DNA from: Schmidtea polychroa
Taxonomy: Eukaryota
Assembly: GCA_044892525.1 (NCBI GenBank)
Contig: CM097885.1
Coordinates: 50,594,001 to 50,658,000 of the forward strand
DNA length: 64,000 bases
Reading direction: 5' to 3'
The position numbers and the translations under genes are program-made. The notes under the pieces were generated by a model. The model was not told the DNA's origin. It made no database searches and was given only the letters and a program-made list of their open reading frames with translations. This document shows positions 54,882 through 64,000 of this stretch, in pieces; positions within the stretch are counted from its first letter, which is position 1; each line of letters opens with the position of its first letter.

Positions 54882-56670
54882 TATATTTTTAAATGTGTAA
54901 AGTTGATGATTACGCGACCCTATCCTAGATTGTGGTACTGAAAATATCTCGTTAGAGTTATAACAATATGATTAATATGATTAAAGATGATTAATTTCAG
55001 TTCCCACTAAATTAACTCCTTTCGCTTTCATACTAGTCTTAGTGCCTAAAAGACTATAACATTTTGGTCTCAAGAAAACCCATTCACTATATCCAAGTTC
55101 CTTACTCTCATCCTTAAACTTTCCGATAACAGAATCGAGTTTTCTAGAGAATAAAGGATGTGAAGGATCAGATTCGAATGTGTCAAGCAGATTATCTCTA
55201 ATCATTGCCGGTAATAATACATCTAATTTACAGTCTTTAATTTCTAAAAAGAAAGAGTCTGTATCTCCGGCAGCAATATTTATTTTACAATTAAACTCAC
55301 ACCTATACTTGTCCAATTCAATATATTGAAGTTGATACATGCGTAGTTTAGACAGATCTAGTACAGACTGCCCAATATAGCTGGGTCTATCTAAACAGAT
55401 TTGATTCTTATTTAAATGTGCTGCAACTAAATCACGAGCAATTGTGATAGATTTTCTAAATTGAGGTTTTGATGCATATGTTCGGCGGAGTTACAAAGTC
55501 TCAAATTCATGCTCTTTTTTAAATTTTCGACTGATTTACCATACATGCTATTATTATAAAGCTTAAATAAATCTATGTAAAGCTAACTAGTAGAAGTCGC
55601 TCGTAATTGTGTGTTTTTGTCAATATATGTTTTAAAAATTGATGCTTGTTTAAATTTAATGGCACGATGAACAGTTACAACAACTGCACCCAATTCAATA
55701 TAAAGTTTTAAAAGTCTCCAATGAGGAACATGGTTCTTCTTGGCCCAATGCGTGAGCAACAACTTTTCAACTTTAGAACCGGGTGGACACATCCTTTCCG
55801 GAGCAAGAAGGAAATCGTTCAAATAGCCATGCAACAGATTAGGGATATTTATATCGACTTCCATAGTGTAACCATATGAAAGTGTTTCAATATCCGAATT
55901 TATACACTCATGCAATATAGATTCAAGATTATTATAAAGTAAAATCGGCATACGGAAGTTTTTGGCTAAGAGCCCAACCATACAAATTATTAATATCAAT
56001 ATATAATAATTCTGTATTCTTCGAAGTTGAAACATGATGCTTGTTAACAAATGTCAAACCACCTCGTATTACTCCCTCATGAAAATCGAAAATTTCCATA
56101 TCCTGCAAAGGTTCGATCGGCTCTTGTAACGTCATGAGTTCGGATACCCATAACATACCAGGAATGCCATAGAAATTCAGAGGTTCAAGACCATTGTAAG
56201 CAATGGCCTTTGTACGGAATTATTGGAAATAATCAGCCAAGAGAAATACATCTAATTTAAGATAAGTTAACATGTAGTCCAAAAGATTATTACAATTCTG
56301 CCGAGTCCAAATTTGTTGGGCAGTAGCATATTCATCTGCCGTAACACCATCCCAAATTGGTGGCAATTCAAGAGTAGATTCTAGAATTTCTAATGAAGTA
56401 GCAAAATTATAAGGGAAAATGCCTTTACAAGTCATAATAGAACTTTCAAAAGCAGATGATGTCAAAGGAAGATCCAAGTTATGTCAAGTTATGAAAAACT
56501 CCAGGAAGCTGTTTTTGAATTCGCCGAGAAATATTACATTTACTACAGGCAGCACCAAGATACTTGCCAGAGAAATTATCATGATCTCGAACTTTGCGAA
56601 TAATAGATTTTTTACAAAGGTAACAGGTTGTAGAAAAACTGAAACCACGATTTTCGGCCCAAGTCATAGT
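54882..56670 (-). pseudogene. Polinton/Maverick protein-primed DNA polymerase B (frameshifted)
   Basis: In order: CYLC..VRDHD..GAACSKCN, KGIFPY, YLKLDVFLLAD, IRGG..YIDINNLYGWALSQKLP, NNSMYGK, PSYIGQSVLDLSK, GDTDS, IGKFKDE, LRPKCYS, KAKGV, SRNHQLYT. Confidence 0.92.
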
Positions 56671-57129
56671 TTTTAGAGGTGTTTGCCATAAATTTCATAA
56701 ATTTCAATTTGAAAAACATTCAAGGCATCATCATCATTTTCCATTGAGTTATGACGAATAATATGAAAAACATTCAAGGCATCATTATCATTTTCCATTG
56801 AGTTATCAGATTCAATTCTTTCATTAAATCCATCATTGCACGTCACACATTTACCATCCTGAGATGTGTGAACGTCCCTGTTGCATTTATGATCATAGTA
56901 ATTATCTGTATTAATCGAAGCCATTAAATTCCCCAAAAAATTATTTTCAAACACTTCTCGAAAAAACTAATCTTTTAAAACAACTCTGATAAATTTAAAC
57001 AAATCAAAAACTCTACCACATTCCAGAAAATCGAAAAAACTCTCATAATAATTTGACAATTGTCCGCGTCTGTGTGCGCACACAAATCAATCCAAAAAAC
57101 GTAAAAAGCGCACACAGACGCGAGAACAC

Positions 57130-58360
57130 TCAACCGATAATTAACCATCCTCCTCCTTGACACCTTGGTGTCAATCTCAAATCCCCATTAGCTTCTTCTT
57201 CTTTTATGATCAAACATAATTTGGAGATACATCTTAATATCTCCTTTCCTTCACATTTTATTCTCATCACGCGTAGTTTTCCGTCTTCTCCAGGTATCAC
57301 TTCGATTACCCTCCCCATTGGCCACTTTCCATACTCATTCTTTTTTTCTAAAACCCACACTGTTGACCCTGTCTTAACATCATCTTCTATCTTATTCCAT
57401 TTTGCCTTTTGCCTACAGCACGGAACCAATTCTTTCATCCATCGTTGCCAAAAGTGTTCGGTTAACTCCTGAATTCGTTTCCACTGAAACATCGTACTTA
57501 ACATTTTCTTCACTTCTATATTTTCCACAGCTTCTCCTTTCCAACCGGCAATTAATAAATGATTTGGTGTTAGCACAGCGTTTTCTTTACTGTCTACTGC
57601 CTGAACCACTAAGGGTCGAGAATTTATCAATATTTCAGCCCTTGTCAAAACATTTCCCAATTCTTCGTCCGTCACATCTGCACTTATCAGTATTGCATTC
57701 ATTGCTCTCTTTGCCGATTTGATCATGGACTCAAAAACTCCCCCAAAATGCGGTGCTGATGGAGGATTGAAGATCCAACTGCATTGATGCTTCGACAACT
57801 CTCTTTGAGTTTTATAGTTGTTGATTACAAAATTCTTTACTGTAGAAGTGGCGCCTATAAAATTTGTGCCATTGTCTGAAATCATCAATTTTGGCATTCC
57901 TCGCCTCGCTGCAAACCTCATAAAAGCTCAAATGAATAAGTCTGTGTCCAACCAATATGCCATTTCAATGTGCACTACCCGTGACTTTAAACATACAAAT
58001 AGGCAAATGTACCTTTTATTTCTCACCTTTCCTCTGCCTACTTTAGTTTCAAAAGGTCCCGCAAAATCTACTGCGGAGTGAACAAAGGCTCTAAAAGGTT
58101 CTGAAACCCTAAACGCCGGTAACAGTGCCACTATTTGACTCATTCCTTTAACTCTTCTTTACCTACACATTCTGCATTCTGTCTCACATTGTTTGATCAT
58201 TACTTTGGCCTTCAAAATCCAATATTTTTCGTTCAACACACTTAAGACGTGTTGCGTTCCTGCATAATGGCTCAAATTTTCATGGCAATCTTTTATCATT
58301 AGTCTTCTGACATAACTCTTTTCAAATAGAATTATTGGACATTTTGTATCCCATATCTTG
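57130..58360 (-). pseudogene. BEL/Pao LTR retrotransposon pol 3' end (integrase plus DUF5641-like tail)
   Basis: One frame with two nonsense codons (58159, 57928): HHCC (CHENLSH..CRMC), VDFAGPF, ISDNGTNF, PPSAPHFGGVFES, INSRPL, LTPNHLL, FWQRW, WPMGRV..PGEDG; purine tract GGAGGAGGA near the ORF end. Confidence 0.9.
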
Positions 58361-58507
58361 GAAGTTCTACAAATGAAACTGATGGTTCCTTTTTTATTAC
58401 TCCAAGAGATCCTGATAACAAAAATAGTGTTTTTGGCCAACAAATATATATATGCTAAATTGATCAATCATTATTTGCAGCAAAAGGCTTAAATTATCAT
58501 TTAATTG

Positions 58508-58510
<3 letters not shown>

Positions 58511-58594
<84 letters not shown>
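58511..58594. repeat. (ATT)n microsatellite
   Basis: Perfect trinucleotide run. Confidence 0.95.
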
Positions 58595-58595
<1 letters not shown>

Positions 58596-59288
58596 GATTT
58601 TATTATATATCATTAATATTTAAAAGATTTTATTTTTAATTTTTACCTTTGTTCGCATAATAAATGAAACGAAACTGATTGTTGACAAAACATGTCTCTC
58701 CTTAATGTATGTCCTTACATTTCAGCGATTCACAGATAATCGCGTGTCGCAAACAATACTTATTCACGAACACTTGTTTATTCATAAATTGCACAAATAG
58801 GATTGATCGATAAAGAAATAAAATCATTAAAATGAGTGATGAATTCCAGTGCGAATTTCAAATTAGTTATTTTTGAATTTAAATTTATTTTCTAGTATAA
58901 TTAATTCTATTTATAGAATCGTAAATTTATTAAATTAAATTCGTAAATTTATTTATTAATTTTAAAGTGTGCATCAACATGGAATAAATCGATATTTTTA
59001 ATAATTTAATATTTTTCTAAAATTTCGGTGTTATTTTAAGATTTAATTAATTGAATTGAATTCCTTGTACGACTGATTATTAAAGAATTTAGTCTCTTGA
59101 GGGTTCTCGGAAATTTGGTCTGAAAACCTTTTCTTAACAATAATAAAATGTGGATTAACTATTGACCTCTGATTATTATTATTATTATTATTATTACTAT
59201 TATAAAAATTATAAATATTATTAAAATCATTATTATAAAAATCATTACTATTATTAACATATAAAACTAAAAAAAACACCAACATTTT

Positions 59289-59933
59289 TCATGAACTTCT
59301 TCGGCTTCCATAATTAATCCATCGGAGATATAATTTATTTCTTCATTAATTACATCTAAAATATGGTGTCAGGACGAAATTACACAAGACGAAATTACAC
59401 AAGACGAAATTACACAAGACGAAATTACACGGGATGAAATTACACTGAGACGAAATTACACAGGATGAAATTACACTGAGACGAAATTACACGGGATGAA
59501 ATTACACAAGACGAAATTACACAAGACGAAAAAAGTAGAAAAAAAATTTTTTAAAACTTTTTACTAATTTTTATATTAAAACTTTTTATTAAAATTTAAA
59601 CTATTTTTTTTAATTTTGTTTCTTACTATTTTTTAGTGTAATTTCGTCTTGTGTAATTTCATCCCGTGTAATTTCGTCTCAGTGTAATTTCATCCTGTGT
59701 AATTTCGTCTCAGTGTAATTTTGTCATGTAACCCTAAAATATGCATGTTTAAAAAATATGTAAAATTAATATAATTTACCTTTTTCAAAAATTCTGGAAA
59801 TATCCAGGAGATCTTCATTTTCTGTGATCTGGAACCAATCTCCGATTAAAAAATCTAAAATAATAAAGTAAATATCTATATAAAATTTAAATTTAAAATT
59901 ACCATCGACAGCTTTTGAATTGTTTGAATCCAT
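59289..59933 (-). CDS. Small 3-exon hypothetical protein (about 57 aa)
   Basis: Exons 59903-59933, 59780-59854 and 59289-59355 are phase-consistent GT-AG; introns are 48 nt and 46 nt (the latter after removing the MITE). Product MDSNNSKAVDDFLIGDWFQITENEDLLDISRIFEKDVINEENKLYLRWINYGSRRSS*. Confidence 0.5.
59365..59733. mobile_element. Mutator-like foldback MITE
   Basis: GG..CC termini; inverted arrays of 15/16-bp GACGAAATTACAC repeats; 9-bp TSD CTAAAATAT (59356-59364, 59734-59742). Confidence 0.8.
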
Positions 59934-60072
59934 TTGAAAATAAATTGTGACAAAAATACCAATGTCAATGTTTATAAAGTGATTGTGATTTTAAAATTCA
60001 ACCAATCAACAACATATAAATTTAAAAATCAATAAAATAGATTAAATAATAAAAATAAACCAGAAACATTTA

Positions 60073-60330
60073 TTATAAATCAAATTTTTTATATATCAAC
60101 CATATTAAACAGTGTTGACCACATGTTTGAGTCATTGGATTTTGAAACATTGTTTTATTATATACAATAGGTTTACTCATTGTTTGCAATTTTGATACCA
60201 ATAAAGCAGGATAATAGAATCCCAAAGGATCGAATACATGTATCCTATCGGGTTTTACATAGACTCCAATCCAATGTTCATCACCAAGATGTGATGAATG
60301 AGTATTGACGGTTATGGCTTGATTTTTAAC
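60073..60330 (-). CDS. Adenain-like (Polinton PRO) cysteine protease domain, lacking its usual N-terminus
   Basis: VNTHSSHLGDEHWIGVY..FDPLG..FQNPMTQTCGQHC contains the H-D-Q-C catalytic arrangement of adenoviral/Polinton maturation proteases. Confidence 0.8.
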   Translation of the reverse strand, partial: VKNQAITVNTHSSHLGDEHWIGVYVKPDRIHVFDPLGFYYPALLVSKLQTMSKPIVYNKTMFQNPMTQTCGQHCLIWLIYKKFDL

Positions 60331-60786
60331 ATATCTGGCATTATTCTCCTTTGCTTTTTTAGCTAGTCTAATCATCATAATCCATCCACCATGAGCATCG
60401 ACCCATGGCATAATTTTTGATTCAGTAATCTAAATAATGATGATGTCAATTTGATCAATAAAAATAATACCTCTACAGACCATTGAAAATAATTTTCAAA
60501 GTCTGAGCCTGATTTTTCTAAAATATGTTTCATACACATGAAATCTATAATAATTCGAGACCATGTAATTTCATCATCGAATAATGTATAAAATATTTCC
60601 TCAAATAATTTTTTTCTTTTGTTGAACTGTTTCCAAATTGATGATAGTGTCGTACTGGATATGATTATCTTCAATGATTTTTTCTGTGCGATTAACAAGT
60701 AATTGTAGATTATTAATCACATCGTTAGTTTCTTTGTTGAAGACAAGACCATTCAATATGTCAATCGTAAATGCTGTTTGCGTCAT
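60331..60786 (-). CDS. Bcl-2 family protein (one 41-nt intron; one homopolymer frameshift)
   Basis: BH1-like LFDDEITWSRII and BH2-like PWVDAHGGW. A GT-AG intron at 60430-60470 joins them in frame (WSVE|ITESKIMPW). One extra base in the T7 run at 60609-60615 separates the ATG at 60786 from BH1. Confidence 0.72.
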
Positions 60787-61064
60787 TTATAATTAATTGT
60801 TGAAATGTTGGTATATTTATATTATTGCTGTTGAGATGTATTATAAATAAAAGAATATAATTGGTTACAAGAAAAATTAATCCGCCAGAGCCTGTGGGGC
60901 TGACTGTGACAATTTACAAACTACCGCGCCTGTTCCTTTGGGGCGGCTGGTGGCGGGCAGGCGTGTAGGTTGTTGATTTTAATTTTTTATTTGAATAACT
61001 TGGACATGCATTTTTTGTGTATAATTTTAAAAAATTAGACTCTAAGTTTTGTTTCTTTTTAAAA

Positions 61065-61375
61065 TTTGCTTTGGAAAATTTTGGGAAATTAGTTTTTTGG
61101 GGCTTTTTAATATTTGGAGAAAATAATGTTGGGACTTTTTAAAATGTGGGAAATTTTTGAGTTGGAAAAATTTGGGAAAAATAATTTTTAAAATTTTTAA
61201 AATTTGGGAAATTTTTGAGTTGGGAAAATTTGGGGAAAATAATTTTGGGATTTTTTAAAATGTGGGAAATTTTTGAGTTGAGAAAATTTGGGGAAAATAA
61301 TTTTGGGAATGTTTAAAATTTGGGAAATTTTTGAGTTGGGAAATTTATTTTGGGGATTTTGTGATTTGGAAATAT
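61065..61375. repeat. AAATTTGGGAAATTTTTGAGTTGG tandem repeats (about 60-bp higher-order period)
   Basis: Direct repeats upstream of the Bcl-2/PRO cassette; possibly Polinton subterminal sequence. Confidence 0.7.
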
Positions 61376-61914
61376 TTTGTAAATATTCCATGTGATTTTT
61401 TCTTGTAATTTGTTGATTTTTTCCAAGTATTTTTATATAAAAATTTTCAAAGTGTTGTGACCTTAAAATTTTCAAATTTATCCAGGCATTTTTATTTTTC
61501 AAATTTTTTTCTAAGTCAAGTGGTGTGACATTCACTTTAAAGTACATTATCAAAAAATTTTCTATGTCAAGTGGTGTGACATTCACTTTAAAGTACTTTC
61601 ATATTTTTAAAAATATTTTTCCAAGTATTTTATTAAAGCTTTTGTTCATATTCCCACCATGTTTGAAGAATATGATTTTATTTCTATAATATAAGATTTT
61701 CTATGTTTGATAATATATGAATGATGTTAAATTATGGCATTTGATGTTGAAGTTTGAGACTTTGGAGCTCATTTTCCATGGAAACTATGCATTTTTCTAT
61801 ATATAGACTATATACTTTTATGTTCGTTATAAAATTCTGAGTTAAAAAATTCTCCAGGGGGGGGGGGGGGTAGGAGGTATTGGTGACATGGTGTGGAAGG
61901 GACATATCCACATA

Positions 61915-62130
61915 CTTATATACTCGCGTATAAGTTGAGAAATTTACGTCAACTTTTCAAGTCAAAATAGCCACTTCGACTTATACGCGGGTCAAAAAAC
62001 GTACAAATTAATTTTTAATGAAATCATTAAACCTTTTTTTATTTTTGTTACTTGAACTTATTCGCGGGTTTTCAATTTAGGACTTAAAAACCTCTTAAAA
62101 TTTACTCGACTTATACGCGAGCATATAAGG
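61915..62130. mobile_element. Tc1/mariner (pogo/Tigger-type) MITE
   Basis: TA|CTTATATACTCGCGTATAAGT..ACTTATACGCGAGCATATAAGG|TA with internal CGACTTATACGCG repeats. Confidence 0.75.
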
Positions 62131-63237
62131 TAATTCTTTTTTACAATTAAAGAAATGAAAAATAAAATTTGGCACGTTATTAACGCGTTTTCATCATTTT
62201 GATTTTAAAAGCTTTCGGAGTCAGAAACTTCTAGCCAATTATAGAAAAGTTGGTACTTACGTGTTATCTTACCCCCAAAAATTAAATTAAAAAAGAACAC
62301 ATATAATTATTATATTTATTTTCTAAATCACAGTTACAAACTCAGCAAATGTTTGTAAAGAGTTTGTAAATGGTCATCCAGGTGGCAAGAAAACCACAAT
62401 GCCGTTGAGAATAGTGTCGAACACATCGGCACTGTTGCTTAGAACGCGTTTGCGCCACATAAACTCACATAATCACATAAATCACAGATAGCCTTGTAGT
62501 GAGCCGTTACACGGCTTTAACAATATCTATATACCTATTATACTATATTATATTATATTATATTATATATAAATGCGCGGTCACCAACGAATAAGGACCA
62601 AACAGAACACAAGTATAGTCAATCAAAAGTCGTGCGATCAGCTAATACTTCTACTTATCAATCAGGCTCTATTAATCAATCTCAGACGAGTAAAGCAAAT
62701 TCGATGCCATGTTATCATTATCAAGATAAACTGTATTCGGCTCCCAATAGTTTTAGTTTTGGCTTTCATAGACCAACACCCTCATCCATTACAATTCGCG
62801 AAATACGGAACAAATCCTAACAATAATATGAACCCGAAAAGATCTTTTTATCAAACCACCACACGTCTTTACAAATTCTGATCAAGGTGATAATGCAAAA
62901 AAGGATCAGAACGGCAAAGGATATACATTTCCTCAAATATTGTATGCGAATGACAATGGTCAAAATGGTTCATGGACAAATCGGCAGGCTGTAAAATCTT
63001 TAGAAATAATCGGACTATATGAAATTATTATTTTTAGTTAACATTTTGTAAATGAGAAATGCCTGTTGAATATGTTTACCTGGTCTGATTATATTTAGAT
63101 TTTTTATATAGTTTCTATAATATATTTTTGTTTTACTTAAATAAGTGAAAATTGTAATTTAAATAAAAATTGTGTAAATCGAATTTATTATATAAATTGT
63201 CTGACTTTAAATTGAATTTAATTACTTTTCTTCTCAA

Positions 63238-63669
63238 ATGATTTTAAAATTATTTACATTACTGATATTGTTAAATTTCATAACCTCGAACAAGGAGGAA
63301 GTATGTAAGGATATTAATTCATCTGATGATAGGTATTCACAAATCGTGTTATTGAATCACTTTCCATTTGGTCTTGTTAATAAAACTAATATCATACAAA
63401 AGATAATCATGCTAGATGAGTGGGACGAATGTATTAAATATTGTTGTGACTACAAACAATGTGACGCGGTTTTGTTCAATACTACCCATTGTAAAATAAT
63501 TCATTGCGAAAATCCATCATTATGTCAGCCAGAAAAAAAGAAAACTGAAGAATTATTTAGCGTTTTCTCGAATAATGGTCAAAGAAATGATTCTATTGCC
63601 AAATCACCAGAAAGGACTACGCCAACCACAACAAGCCTTAATAAATTCATGTTCAATAATGTTCAATAA
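63238..63669 (+). CDS. Secreted or surface protein with a MANSC/MANEC-like Cys domain
   Basis: Signal peptide MILKLFTLLILLNFITS; Cys spacing C..CIKYCC....C.........C....C.....C.P; S/T-rich tail. Further exons are possible. Confidence 0.6.
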   Translation: MILKLFTLLILLNFITSNKEEVCKDINSSDDRYSQIVLLNHFPFGLVNKTNIIQKIIMLDEWDECIKYCCDYKQCDAVLFNTTHCKIIHCENPSLCQPEKKKTEELFSVFSNNGQRNDSIAKSPERTTPTTTSLNKFMFNNVQ

Positions 63670-64000
63670 CGTCATCAATAATGTATTCTCTCATTTTTTT
63701 ATATTGTTATTTTAATTGTATTTTATAATTTAATTTTTGGGGGTAAGATAACACGGAAGTACCAAAAAGTTGAACTGGATGGAAGAATCAAATTTATCCC
63801 GCGTTTTTATCGGTTTTTGTCAATTTTACGGATTTAGCAATATGATAAATAATGCTCATATTGTATTGTCATATTTATAAAGATAATTGTATTGATAATG
63901 TTTCTGCGTCATGAATTGGAACCGGTTTTAAAAAAGAAATTGTTGGTAATTTAGGTTTTACTGAGCTCTGATCGGAACTGGCAAATCTTGATTATATGCG

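Noticed and set aside
56673..56954. 93-aa ORF with an internal duplication next to pPolB
   Set aside because: No recognisable motif; lies at the junction of decayed elements.
57130..58143. Integrase as the Polinton's own integrase
   Set aside because: Its motifs (VDFAGPF, PHFGGVFES, DUF5641-like tail) are characteristic of BEL/Pao retrotransposons.
59369..59530. Short regularly spaced repeats resembling a CRISPR array
   Set aside because: No unique spacers, eukaryotic context, and an inverted counterpart with a 9-bp TSD show it is a MITE.
62330..63000. GC-richer stretch with short ORFs
   Set aside because: No consistent frame, splice pattern or recognisable domain could be supported.

Overview
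AT-rich, transposon-dense animal-type (invertebrate-like) nuclear DNA with very short (41-48 nt) spliceosomal introns. Host genes: 5' part of RRP5/PDCD11 (minus, 1-1039), a complete multi-exon NIMA-related kinase most like NEK4 (plus, 12621-37825), a small 3-exon orphan (minus, 59289-59933) and a secreted MANSC-like ORF (63238-63669). Mobile DNA: two near-intact hAT transposons with TIRs and 8-bp TSDs, two solo LTRs, a deleted Tigger/pogo element, hAT, piggyBac-type, Mutator-type and pogo-type MITEs, and Penelope, RLE-type non-LTR and BEL/Pao remnants. Two observations stand out. (1) A 15.3-kb element with no recognisable genes (39589-54875) is almost entirely a foldback palindrome of satellite blocks. 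It has Polinton/Maverick-type AGTAG termini and a 6-bp TSD, and it sits inside the C-terminus of a decayed Polinton protein-primed DNA polymerase B whose reading frame rejoins when the element is removed. (2) Near the same Polinton remnant, an intron-containing Bcl-2-family gene (BH1 and BH2 motifs) runs in frame into an adenain-type Polinton cysteine protease. All calls come from reading the sequence by eye; no searches or alignments were run.
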